DNA of 64,000 nt from an uncultured Acidobacteriota bacterium (GCA_963790855.1 CAWBPZ010000007.1:236949-300948); one strand, 5' to 3'; positions 36,933-46,372 are shown, counted from the stretch's first letter. The notes: a model not told the origin generated them from the sequence alone. Translations and numbers: made by a program.

Positions 36933-38501
36933 TCAGAAATGGCGGCGTGGGTCGATATTTAAATCATTCCAGCAGGAGGAAATGGTGGTCGCTTTGACCC
37001 AGAGGAAGCTGCCGACGGCGAGCAGGAGTGAGAATCCGAGGTACAGGGAGGAAAAGGAGCGACCACTGGTTGAGACCAGAATCCACTCCAGGAGCAGGGC
37101 TGGAATTAGGAATAGGGAGGCGAGCGCGAGGGACCTTGGAGTCCTTCGAGCTGGCAGATTTCTTGCAGCGAGGCCCAGGATTGCGCCGGGGAGGCAAAAA
37201 ATCAGGATGTAATAGATGTAGTTGCAGCCTTCGAGTTCGCCGGGTTGGATACGACGCACGTGCTTCACGAGGGCGGTTCCTGGACCGAGGCGGTAGGTTA
37301 GAGTCTCCTCCTTGCCGTCAATGAAAAGCGAGAGGTTTGAGCCATCGTATGTATAGAGGATCTCGCGAGTGCGTCCCGCAGTAAATATTCTTGGATAATA
37401 CCAGGCCAAGATTGCGTGGCTTGCCGAAAGCGGATTGCGAAACCAGAAGACCAGATTCGAGTCTTCTTGGCGGAGAGTGAGATCAGCAAAGCCCGTGGGT
37501 TGTGAGATGGAAATGATTCTGGCGTCGCCTGCGTCTGTTTCCGCGGGTGTGCAAACAACTCTAACGGTGAATTGATTGGTCTTCTGCAGGTTGGCGATCA
37601 GGTCAGGCACAGCGACGCTGGTAGTGAGCCAGGATGCGCCATCCAAGGCGAGCAGGCCGGAATCTGACGCGACCGGAACGAGAGGAGTCCAAGCCAGCTC
37701 GGATGAAATCTGCCTTTGATTGCGAAAGGGCGGTCCCGCGGAGAAATCGTAGTCCACGAGCAAACCCGGATTGCCGGTGTCCACGGGTTGGCCGGCGGAT
37801 AATTGTTGCACAGCTTCCTTGTGGAGCGCGAGGTCCCAAATTTGCACGGTGTTGACCGCGCCCTTCCACGGAAATCTCCCCGACGCATCGTTGCCGACGA
37901 CCAACTGGGCATCCGTGCGCCAATTGCTCAATCGCGAATTGCGTTGGAGCGGAACGGAGGCCGCGAACCATAACGCGAAATAGATCAGCAGAACAACGAG
38001 GGCGCGCCGCAGCGTCAGCAGGGATTCGAGCAGGCTCTCGCAGCGCGAGAGTTCGCGCAGCAGCGATACGCCGAGAATTTCATACACAATACAGCCGACG
38101 GCAGATCCCGATCCGTTGGTAAAGACGTCTTCCCAACCCGAATCGCGCTGTGGGATGTAGTACTGCAGCAGTTCGATGCTGTAGGAAAAGAACGCGCCCG
38201 TGGCCAGGGAGAGCGCGAGAGTGAAGGTGAATGATTTTCCACGCTCTCGAAGCTTCTCCGCGAGGCCAAAACCGAAGGGAACAAATAGCAAAACGTTGAG
38301 AATGGCGTCGAGGAAGCCCGCTGGTTTCAGACTCTTGCCCAGGAACAGGGGAGAAGCGGCCCCGCTCGCGGCCGCATGGAAATCAAAGCGAAAGGGATAG
38401 AGAGTGAGGAATAGGATCCCGGCAGATGCGAGAATCAGTATTCGGTTTGACCAGCCGGAACCTCGGGCTTTGGAATGCACGCCAACCTGTTGATTCTGCA
38501 T
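36933..38501 (-). CDS. VanZ-like membrane domain fused to a LamG/concanavalin-like domain, with C-terminal TM helices
   Basis: N-terminal LYPFRFDF...LLFVPFGFGL (VanZ-like). Central FPWKGAVNTVQIWDLAL and QFTVRVVCTP...LVFWFRN...ILYTYDGSNLSLFIDGKE (LamG-like). Hydrophobic C-terminus. Confidence 0.55.
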   Translation of the reverse strand: MQNQQVGVHSKARGSGWSNRILILASAGILFLTLYPFRFDFHAAASGAASPLFLGKSLKPAGFLDAILNVLLFVPFGFGLAEKLRERGKSFTFTLALSLATGAFFSYSIELLQYYIPQRDSGWEDVFTNGSGSAVGCIVYEILGVSLLRELSRCESLLESLLTLRRALVVLLIYFALWFAASVPLQRNSRLSNWRTDAQLVVGNDASGRFPWKGAVNTVQIWDLALHKEAVQQLSAGQPVDTGNPGLLVDYDFSAGPPFRNQRQISSELAWTPLVPVASDSGLLALDGASWLTTSVAVPDLIANLQKTNQFTVRVVCTPAETDAGDARIISISQPTGFADLTLRQEDSNLVFWFRNPLSASHAILAWYYPRIFTAGRTREILYTYDGSNLSLFIDGKEETLTYRLGPGTALVKHVRRIQPGELEGCNYIYYILIFCLPGAILGLAARNLPARRTPRSLALASLFLIPALLLEWILVSTSGRSFSSLYLGFSLLLAVGSFLWVKATTISSCWNDLNIDPRRHF

Positions 38502-38860
38502 CGCGCTAGTACGCGGATTCCCTAAAAGGACGTATTAAAGTCTAGCACACGACTTGTTTCCTCCGTTTCGTTTGCCACGTCGAGTTGGCATCTTCGCCAA
38601 CACTTTTTCGACGGCCAGCTGACCCGAAGCAAAACACCTACGTAAGTATATGCCAGCAAACGAGTACGAGTACCTGTACGGGTGTGAAGGTCAGGTACGC
38701 CCTAGACCGACCGAACAGGCGAAGGGCCTTGAACCAACTCGGTTCCTCTGACCAGTAGTTGCGCCTCTGCTTCGCTCCCTACACTGACCGTGACATGAGA
38801 GCCCACACCCAAGAGCAGCTAGGCCGCACCGCAAGTTTAATTTCGCAACACGGAGTTCCA

Positions 38861-41800
38861 GTGAAACGTTCATCCACGCCGATCATTCTGATAACCACGC
38901 TAGCGATGATCCTGGCGATTGTGGGGCTCTCTAGCTGCGCCGGGTACACCAGCTCGGCGAAAACGACGCCTTCCGACCCAGGTGCAGGGATCCTTTCGCC
39001 GAGCGCGACGAGCTTGGCCTTCGGGAGCATCGCCGCCGGGAACACTGCGACGCAAAGTTTGACCGTGACCAATACAGGTTTGGGAACGGTGACGATTTCC
39101 GGGGCGACCTTGACGGGCGCCGGTTTCACTGTGGTGGGTGGAAATCCCGCCGGGACGATCGGAGTGGGACAGAGCAGCACGATACAGATTCAGTTTGCGC
39201 CGACATCGGGGGGAGCGATAACCGGCAACCTGACGATCTTAAGCGATGCGTCCAATTCTCCGCTGGCAATTGCGATCACCGGTACAGGAACACAAACGGG
39301 TTTGACGATTGCTCCGTCTGCGTTGACGTTTGGAAATGTGGTCGTGGGGCAGACCGGGACGCAGAGCGTGAAGCTGACGAATAGCGGAACTTCGAATCTG
39401 ACAATCAATCTGGCGACGGTCGCGGGAACTGGCTTCGGGATCAGCGGGCTTTCCCTGCCGACGACCCTGACGGCTGGGCAGAGCCTCTCCTTCAACGCGC
39501 AATTTGCGCCGACAGCGGCGGGTGCGGAGACGGGAAGCATAACGTTCACGGACAATGCGCCAGGCTCGCCGCAGGTTGTGAGTATGGTTGGGACCGGAGT
39601 GGCGACGAGTTCGACGCTGGTAGCCAATCCGGGCAGCGTGGCATTCGGGAATGTGGCCACTGGCAGCAACGGCCAACAATCAATCACCTTAACCAACAAT
39701 GGAAACGCCAGTGCGACGATTACGGCGGTTAGCGCTACGGGCACCGGGTTCAGCGCGACGGGACTTTCCACTCCATTGACCTTGGCGGTGAGCCAGAGCA
39801 CGACCTTCACGGCGAAATTTGCGCCGACCAGTGCAGGCGTAGCGGCTGGAAGCATCCTTATCACTAGCACGGCGAATGATCCGACAGTGTCTATCGCGCT
39901 GAGCGGCACGGGCGTGCAGGGAAATCTGACGGCGAATCCGGCCAGCATCAATTTTGGCAGCATGCTTGTGGGAGCGAGCGGTTCGGTGAACGTGACTCTG
40001 ACGAACTCGGGCACGGCGAGCGTGGCAATTTCGTCGGGCAGCGCGTCGGGAACGGGATTCAGCATGACGGGTCTGCCTGCTCCGTTGACGCTGAGTGCGG
40101 GACAGAGCGCGTCGTTTACCGCGAAATTCTCGCCGACTACGGCAGGAAGCGCGACGGGCAGTATTTCGATTGTCAGCAATGCGCCAGGTTCGCCACTTTC
40201 AATCGCGTTGACTGGATCGGGAACCGCGACGCAACCTCAACTTACGATCAATCCTGCGAGCGTTGCTTTTGGCAACGTTGCGGTTGGCAGCAGCGGAACG
40301 CAAACAGTGACGCTTACAAACGCGGGGACCGGGACGTTGACGGTGACCAGCGCGTTACCTTCCGGCACTGGATTCAGTATGAGCGGCGCCAGCATGCCGA
40401 TGACGATCAACGCTGGAAGCAGCGCTTCGTTCTCCGCAATCTTTACGCCGACTAGTTCGGGAGCTGCGACAGGCAGCATTTCAATCGTCAGCAATGCTCC
40501 AGGTTCGCCGGCGTCAATCGCATTAACCGGGACGGGAATGCAGGGCCAGGTTGCCGCGAGTCCCTCGAGCGTGAATTTCGGATCGGTTGCGGTGGGCAGC
40601 AACGGCACGCAGTCGATCACATTGACGAACTCCGGGACAGCCAGCATAACAATATCCAGCGCGACGGTAACCGGCACGGGTCTGAGCATCAGCGGATTGA
40701 ATACGCCTCTGGCGTTGGGCGCGGGGCTGAGCACGACGTTTAGCGCGAAGTTTGCACCGACTTCAGCGGGGAGCGCGAGCGGAAGCATTTCGATTGTCAG
40801 CAATGCGCCGAACTCTCCGACGACAATCGCGTTGAGCGGGACGGGCACGCAGGCGCAATTGGCAGCATCGCCCACCAGCGCGGCGTTCGGTAATGTGATG
40901 ATGGGGGCGAGCAGTTCGCAAACCATCACCCTGACGAATGGCGGCACCGCAACGGTGACGATTTCTTCGGTTGCGGTTACGGGCGCCGGCTTCAGCACCA
41001 CAGGGATTACGACGCCGCTGACGTTGGGCGCGGGGCTGAGCACGACGTTCAGCGCGAAATATGCACCGACGTCGGCGGGGAGCGCGAGCGGAAGTATTTC
41101 GATTGTCAGCAACGCACCGAACTCCCCGGCGACGATCACTTTGAGCGGGACGGGAACGCAACCGCAATTATCGGCGACGCCGACCAGCGCGGCATTCGGT
41201 AATGTGACGACGGGGACGAGCAACTCGCAAACCATCACGCTGACGAACGGCGGCAGCGCAACAGTAACGATTTCTTCGGTTGCGGTTGCAGGGGCCGGCT
41301 TCAGCACCACAGGGATTACGGCACCGGTAAACATCACGGCGGGCCAATCCACAACGTTCAACGCAGTCTTTGGACCGAGCGCGGCAGGAAACGTGACCGG
41401 AACGGTGACGCTGGTCAGTAACGCGCCGAATTCGCCGCTCGCGATTTCTTTGAGTGGAACAGGAGTTGCAGCGACACGAGTTCTGGGTTTGAGCAGCTCG
41501 ACGCTGAGCTTCGGAAACGTGAACGTGGGAAGCACGGGATCGATGACCTCAACCGTAACGAATAACGGAAACTCGAACGTAACGATTTCAGGCGTGAACG
41601 TGTCGGGGACAGGTTTCAGCGCCAGCGGCATCACTTCGGGTGAAACGCTGACGCCGAACCAGTCCGTGACGGTGACGGCTCAATTTGCTCCAGGGGCGGC
41701 GGGAGCAGTGAGCGGAAGCGTGAGCATCACGAGCAACGCGACGAATTCGCCAACCGCAATTACGCTTTCGGGCACGGGAGTGGCGGTCACTCCGCACTCG

Positions 41801-42034
41801 GTGTCCCTGTCCTGGACTGCCAGCTCGTCTCCGGTGAGCGGCTACAACGTATATCGTGGAACGACGTCGAACGGGCCTTATCCGACGAAGCTGAATACTT
41901 CGCTAGTGGCGACAGTGGACTTTACGGATAGTACTGTCACGGACGGGACGACTTACTATTACGTGGTCACGTCGGTAAATTCGAGCAACGTGGAAAGCAC
42001 GGATTCGAATCAGGCGACCGCCGTAATTCCGTAG
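38861..42034 (+). CDS. Giant repeat lipoprotein: 9 tandem Ig-like units of about 100 aa (DUF1573/ASH/choice-of-anchor-D-like) plus a C-terminal FN3
   Basis: GTG 38861 lies 5 nt after GGAG. Lipobox LAIVGLSSC. Unit consensus P.S..FGNV.VG...TQ..TLTN.G.....IS.....G.GFS..G...P.TL.AGQS..F...F.PT.AG...GSI.I.SNAP.SP..IAL.GTG. C-terminal HSVSLSWTAS..GYNVYRG. Confidence 0.75.
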   Translation: MKRSSTPIILITTLAMILAIVGLSSCAGYTSSAKTTPSDPGAGILSPSATSLAFGSIAAGNTATQSLTVTNTGLGTVTISGATLTGAGFTVVGGNPAGTIGVGQSSTIQIQFAPTSGGAITGNLTILSDASNSPLAIAITGTGTQTGLTIAPSALTFGNVVVGQTGTQSVKLTNSGTSNLTINLATVAGTGFGISGLSLPTTLTAGQSLSFNAQFAPTAAGAETGSITFTDNAPGSPQVVSMVGTGVATSSTLVANPGSVAFGNVATGSNGQQSITLTNNGNASATITAVSATGTGFSATGLSTPLTLAVSQSTTFTAKFAPTSAGVAAGSILITSTANDPTVSIALSGTGVQGNLTANPASINFGSMLVGASGSVNVTLTNSGTASVAISSGSASGTGFSMTGLPAPLTLSAGQSASFTAKFSPTTAGSATGSISIVSNAPGSPLSIALTGSGTATQPQLTINPASVAFGNVAVGSSGTQTVTLTNAGTGTLTVTSALPSGTGFSMSGASMPMTINAGSSASFSAIFTPTSSGAATGSISIVSNAPGSPASIALTGTGMQGQVAASPSSVNFGSVAVGSNGTQSITLTNSGTASITISSATVTGTGLSISGLNTPLALGAGLSTTFSAKFAPTSAGSASGSISIVSNAPNSPTTIALSGTGTQAQLAASPTSAAFGNVMMGASSSQTITLTNGGTATVTISSVAVTGAGFSTTGITTPLTLGAGLSTTFSAKYAPTSAGSASGSISIVSNAPNSPATITLSGTGTQPQLSATPTSAAFGNVTTGTSNSQTITLTNGGSATVTISSVAVAGAGFSTTGITAPVNITAGQSTTFNAVFGPSAAGNVTGTVTLVSNAPNSPLAISLSGTGVAATRVLGLSSSTLSFGNVNVGSTGSMTSTVTNNGNSNVTISGVNVSGTGFSASGITSGETLTPNQSVTVTAQFAPGAAGAVSGSVSITSNATNSPTAITLSGTGVAVTPHSVSLSWTASSSPVSGYNVYRGTTSNGPYPTKLNTSLVATVDFTDSTVTDGTTYYYVVTSVNSSNVESTDSNQATAVIP
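40721..41338 (+). repeat. Two adjacent 309-bp units, near-identical (roughly 90% by eye), inside the first lipoprotein gene
   Basis: GCGGGGCTGAGCACGACGTT..GCGCGAA recurs at 40721 and 41030. The encoded units differ at only a few residues. Confidence 0.8.
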
Positions 42035-42053
42035 GAACGGCGGGGCGGGCAAG

Positions 42054-42105
42054 GGTTCGGAGCGAGCGGTAGGACTCAGGTTCTAAGACGGTTCGGAGCG
42101 AACGG
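42054..42105 (+). repeat. Direct repeat GGTTCGGAGCGA(G/A)CGG, two copies, 36 bp start-to-start
   Basis: Copies at 42054-42069 and 42090-42105 match at 15 of 16 positions. They lie in the 238-nt spacer between the two lipoprotein genes. Confidence 0.7.
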
Positions 42106-42272
42106 CTCGCCAAACAGCCGGGTCGCGCGGCGGCTACAACCGAAGACTGTCCTGCCGTACAGGGTAATGCCCCTGTCCTAAGTGTGTACCCCCGGCCAGT
42201 AGTTCTGGCAATCTGCCCCAGTGGACAATGCGCGTGGTGATTACACGTGCCCCCATCCTGGAGGGAGCTCGC

Positions 42273-44228
42273 GTGAACGGCGCGTTTCGTTCACGGCGAA
42301 TTGCTCTCAAATCCACCCTTCGCGGGATATCCGGAGCTGTAGCTCTGCTCGTGATCTTAGTGATGTCCGGCTGCGTCGGCGTCACCGGAAAAGGTACGAA
42401 TCCCGCCACCACAGGTCCTTCGATCGAGGTATCACCCAGCACCGTGAGCTTTGGAAACCTGGCGGTGGGCCAGAGCGCCACCAAGACGGTAACGGTGACC
42501 AACAGCGGAACTGAAATGCTGACGGTTTCGGGTATTTCGGTAACAGGTGCAGGCTTTACTGCTTCGGGTCCGAAGCTGCCAATCTCGCTCAGCGCTGGCC
42601 AGAGTGCTTCGATTTCTGCTGTCTTTAAGCCCACAGCCGGAAACTCAGACACTGGAACGATCACGATCGCCAGCAATGCAGCTGGTTCTCCTTCACTGGT
42701 TGCCCTGAGCGGAGCCGGCATGACGGGAGCGGCGTTGACGGCTACTCCTAGTTCAATCGCTTTCGGAAACGTAGCGGTCGGGAAAGAAGCCACGCAGACA
42801 ATCAAATTGGAAAATACTGGCAGCGAACCGGCTGCAATTTCTAAAGTTGCGTTTTCGGGAACGGGAATCAGCGTTTCGGGAATGACAACGCCGATGACGT
42901 TGAACGGCGGGCAATCAACGAGCTTGACGGTTACGTACAAGCCTACTTCCGCAGCGACGTTGACGGGAAGCGTCTCGATCACCAGCAACGCCGTCGGTTC
43001 TCCTTCACTAATTGCTCTGAGCGGAGCGGGCACGACTGGCGCGGCGCTGACGGCTACTCCTAATTCAATCGCATTCGGAAGTGTAGCGGTCGGGAGCCAA
43101 GCGACGCAGACAATCAAATTGGAAAACACCGGCAGCGAACCGGCTGCAATTTCTAAAGTTGCGTTTTCGGGAACGGGAATCAGCGTTTCGGGAATGACAA
43201 CGCCGATGACGTTGAACGGCGGGCAATCAGCGACTTTGACGGTTACGTACAAGCCCACCGCGGCAACAACTTTAACGGGAAACGTTTCCATCACCAGCAA
43301 CGCGAGCGATCCCAGCGTGGTAATCGGCATTAATGCGACGGCAACGTCTTCGACGTTATCTGCGACGCCTTCGTCCGTCAGCTTCGGAAACGTGGTGGTC
43401 GGTAGCAACACGACGCAGACGATTCGCCTTCAGAATATCGGCACTTCGCAGGTGACTATTTCCAGCATAGCGCCTTCGGTTGCGAGTGTGGCGATTTCGG
43501 GAATTACGCTGCCCGCTAATTTGGGGCCGGGCTCAAGTGCGACCATTACAGCGGCGTACAAACCTACTGCCGCGGGTAGCGCCGCGGGCAAGCTAACGGT
43601 TACGAGCAATGCCGTGGGTTCGCCGACGATCATTAATTTGAGTGGAACCGCCGCGGCTGCGACGATTCAATTGACGCCGAGCACGACGAACTTGAGTTTT
43701 GGGAACGTGACTGTGGGAGCTTCTGGGACGAATCAGCTGACGGTGAAGAGCACGGGAAACACAAACGCCAGCATCTCAAAAGTGACTGTCACCGGTACTG
43801 GATTCGTTCTGGGAAGTTCGGCGGCGAATGTGATCTTGGATCCGGCGCAATCGCAATCTTACACGGTGAATTTTGATCCGAAGGCGACGGGCAGTGTGAC
43901 CGGAACTCTGACGATCACCAGTAACGCGGCGAACTCGCCGATGAATATCTCTCTTTCCGGGTCAGGTACTGCTGCTGCCGCGCAGCATTCAGTGGCCCTC
44001 ACTTGGGACCGCAGCAGCTCGACTGTGACTGGATATTTTGTGTATCGAAGTTCGAATCCGAGCGGGCCGTACACGCAGCTGAATTCCACGCCTGAAGCGA
44101 ATCCATCTTATTCCGATGGCTCGGTTTCCAACGGGCAAGTCTATTATTATTACGTGACTGCGGTGAACTCGGGCAACATCCAGAGCGCTGACTCGAACCA
44201 AGTCTCCGTAACCATCCCCTCGAATTAA
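42273..44228 (+). CDS. Second repeat lipoprotein: 5 Ig-like units of the same family plus a C-terminal FN3
   Basis: GTG 42273 lies 6 nt after GGAGGGAG. Signal with RSRR and lipobox LVMSGC. C-terminal HSVALTWDRS..GYFVYRS. Confidence 0.75.
   Translation: MNGAFRSRRIALKSTLRGISGAVALLVILVMSGCVGVTGKGTNPATTGPSIEVSPSTVSFGNLAVGQSATKTVTVTNSGTEMLTVSGISVTGAGFTASGPKLPISLSAGQSASISAVFKPTAGNSDTGTITIASNAAGSPSLVALSGAGMTGAALTATPSSIAFGNVAVGKEATQTIKLENTGSEPAAISKVAFSGTGISVSGMTTPMTLNGGQSTSLTVTYKPTSAATLTGSVSITSNAVGSPSLIALSGAGTTGAALTATPNSIAFGSVAVGSQATQTIKLENTGSEPAAISKVAFSGTGISVSGMTTPMTLNGGQSATLTVTYKPTAATTLTGNVSITSNASDPSVVIGINATATSSTLSATPSSVSFGNVVVGSNTTQTIRLQNIGTSQVTISSIAPSVASVAISGITLPANLGPGSSATITAAYKPTAAGSAAGKLTVTSNAVGSPTIINLSGTAAAATIQLTPSTTNLSFGNVTVGASGTNQLTVKSTGNTNASISKVTVTGTGFVLGSSAANVILDPAQSQSYTVNFDPKATGSVTGTLTITSNAANSPMNISLSGSGTAAAAQHSVALTWDRSSSTVTGYFVYRSSNPSGPYTQLNSTPEANPSYSDGSVSNGQVYYYYVTAVNSGNIQSADSNQVSVTIPSN
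42684..43307 (+). repeat. Two adjacent 312-bp near-identical units inside the second lipoprotein gene
   Basis: 42821-42917 is identical to 43133-43229 (97 nt, counted by eye). The flanks differ at scattered positions. Confidence 0.85.
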
Positions 44229-44419
44229 ACCCCCGCAAGCTTCGAGAATAAAAAACTTGGGATTTCGCTGCTAGTGAATGCAGCTGACCAGCAAGAATGG
44301 CTGGAGCTAGCACGCGAACGTGGGAATGCAGCGCCTGCAATCACGTTGCAAATACTGAGTTCAAAGCCTATTTGTCCCGCCGGAAGATAGACGAAAAAAT
44401 TCGTGGATACGCGAAGGGT

Positions 44420-45538
44420 TCAGCCAAAAATTTCTGTTGCCAGGTCGCGGACTTGTTCGGCGATGGATGGGGCTGAAGTGAGACCCGGAGATTCGATGCC
44501 AATCAGCTGGACGACGCAGGGAAATTGCGGATCTCGTTGGATGATAAAATCCGCGACGCGTTTTTTTCCGTCTTTGCCGGGAGGGGTTAACTTCGCGCGA
44601 ATGCCCGAATAGGCTGGCAGGAGGTCTGAGACTTCTAGTTCGGGCAGAAGCAACTTGGCGCTGCGAGCAAATTCTTCGATGGGCTCGCGATCCCGTTCGT
44701 AGTTGTTCTTGTCGTCGAGATAGCGCGCCGTGGGGCCGATCAGAACATTGCCCGAAACTGTTTTTGTCAGGTGAACGCCCAGGCTCACGCCTTCGGGATG
44801 CGGCAGAGGGTAAACCAGGCCGCGAATCCAATCCTGCCTGGAGCGTTGCAGCTCGCAATATTCCCCGCGCACCGGATATATGCGATTCTCGGCCATCGGC
44901 GAACCGAGCATTTTCGCGATTTCGTCGGCAAATAGTCCGGCGCTATTCACCAAACAGCGCGTTTCAATCTCGCCAGCTGTGCTGAACACGCGTACTCCGT
45001 CAGGCGAGGGTTCCAGCCGTTCGACTTTTGCGTGAACCACGACGTGGGCGCCTTGGTCCGAGGCGATGCGCGCGTAGGCTTTGACCAGTTCTTCGCTGCC
45101 GACGATTCCTGTCGAGGGAATGTCAATTGCCTGGAACCCCTCGACGTGCGGTTCACGCGCCCGAATCGCGGCGCGATCGATGATTTGCATGTTCTCGACA
45201 CCATTCGATTCACCGGTTTTCTTCAGCGCGACGAGCGCTTCTGATTCCGCAGGTGATGACGCTATGACCAGTTTGCCGGTGCGACGATAAGGGACCCGAT
45301 GAGCGGCGCAGAATTCGTAGGTCAATTGATTGCCGCGAAGGCAGTGACGGGCTTTCAAGGAGCCGGGCGGATAGTAGAGGCCGGAGTGGATAACGCCGCT
45401 ATTGCGCGAGCTCGCGCCCATCCCGATTTTAGGAAGCGCTTCCAAGACGAAGACGTCGCTCCAGCGGCTGGAGAGCGCGCGGGCGATCGCGCAGCCGACG
45501 ACGCCACCACCGACAATTACGATGTTGGCTTGTTCCAC
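44420..45538 (-). CDS. FAD-dependent oxidoreductase (DAO family; L-2-hydroxyglutarate oxidase-like)
   Basis: IVIVGGGVVGCAIARALS dinucleotide-binding motif, SSRNSGVIHSGLYY, and C-terminal GIESPGLTS. Confidence 0.75.
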   Translation of the reverse strand: MEQANIVIVGGGVVGCAIARALSSRWSDVFVLEALPKIGMGASSRNSGVIHSGLYYPPGSLKARHCLRGNQLTYEFCAAHRVPYRRTGKLVIASSPAESEALVALKKTGESNGVENMQIIDRAAIRAREPHVEGFQAIDIPSTGIVGSEELVKAYARIASDQGAHVVVHAKVERLEPSPDGVRVFSTAGEIETRCLVNSAGLFADEIAKMLGSPMAENRIYPVRGEYCELQRSRQDWIRGLVYPLPHPEGVSLGVHLTKTVSGNVLIGPTARYLDDKNNYERDREPIEEFARSAKLLLPELEVSDLLPAYSGIRAKLTPPGKDGKKRVADFIIQRDPQFPCVVQLIGIESPGLTSAPSIAEQVRDLATEIFG

Positions 45539-45678
45539 GAGATATAGTTTAGCTGCACACCTGCTCGCTTATCGCCAACTTCTTGCGAAATCGCTGCGCA
45601 AGCTTGTACTTACTGTTGCGGAAATTCCTGGCGCTGGGGCTTGAGGGACCAGACGGGAATGAAAAGTTTAAGGAACGA

Positions 45679-46372
45679 TCAACTCGCCAGAATCAGCAGG
45701 GAATACCCGCCCAGAACACGCACAGCCAAGTCTTTGTGGATCGCGAAGGAAAGCGCTCGGGGAAGACTGAAGGCCTTTTGAAGAAGTGTCGGGCCAATTT
45801 CGTTGGACCGGGGCAGATAGAAATAGTCCAGCACTTCGTAGCCCGTGTCTTTCAGCGACTGCAGCGCGGTCTCCTTCGTAAAATAGTGTAAGTGCGCGTG
45901 CATTTCACGCCTGGTCAGAAGTCCGCGCTTGCGCATCACGGCTTGCACTGAAAGATCGAGCGGAAAGTGGAAAATCTTGTGTTTGGCGCGAGTGCGAATT
46001 TCGCGGAGAAAAGCAAAATAATCCTCCAGGTGTTCGACTACATCCAGAACCAGGAGGAGATCGAAGTTCGCTGAATGTTCTTCGCCAAGATCCGCTAGCT
46101 TGAAGTGTAACCTTTCATTTTCGCGAGGCTGGCTAAACTCGATTGCCTGAGGCGAGATGTCGTATCCCCAGAATTCGTGGTCCAGCCCCATTTTCAGTTG
46201 GAGTTGTTTCAGTACTTCGCCCGCGCCTCAGCATCTCCAAAATGTACTTGGCCTTGAACGGAGATTCTTCCACGTGTCAGGTGGGATTTTTCTTGAGGTA
46301 TTCGCCGTCCTTGTAAATATCCTCGTAGGGCGTGGGGATGCTCGGTTCGCGCGCTGGGGCTGGTTGAGCCAT
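45679..46372 (-). pseudogene. Class I SAM-dependent methyltransferase, disrupted (in-frame TGA plus frameshifting deletion in motif I)
   Basis: From ATG 46372 the frame reads MAQPAPAREPSIPTPYEDIYKDGEYLKKNPT*HVEESPFKAKYILEMLRR. The TGA at 46277-46279 sits where homologues I recall have Trp. The frame then shifts near 46222-46231 into GAGEVLKQLQLKMGLDHEFWGYDIS, so most of the xxGCGxG motif I is missing. Confidence 0.6.

Noticed and set aside
38752-42204. A shared 9-mer, CCAGTAGTT, upstream of both lipoprotein genes (38752-38760 and 42196-42204).
   Set aside because: The distance to the start codons differs (109 versus 77 nt) and the flanks do not align. A 9-mer match between two regions of about 150 nt is expected by chance at roughly the 0.1 level.
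39190-43411. Long minus-strand ORFs (39190-40179, 40237-41634, 42134-43411) opposite the repeat lipoprotein genes.
   Set aside because: They mirror the plus-strand repeat periodicity and lack signal peptides, RBS and recognisable motifs. The plus-strand frames have lipoboxes, RBS and coherent domain architecture. These are antisense artefacts of low-complexity GC-rich repeats.
44335-44351. CTGCAA-tcacg-TTGCAA, which resembles the 16.3-kb dyad (same 5-nt spacer). TTGTAAtgTTGCA also occurs on the minus strand at 34870-34882.
   Set aside because: The first lies between two convergent stop codons, not near a promoter, and matches only 4 of 6 positions in one half-site. The second has different half-site spacing. 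Both are probably chance.
46277-46279. Reading the in-frame TGA of the methyltransferase as selenocysteine or Trp recoding.
   Set aside because: All other genes in the window terminate normally at TGA, TAA or TAG. No SECIS-like hairpin follows. The same gene also carries a frameshifting deletion, so simple gene decay explains it.
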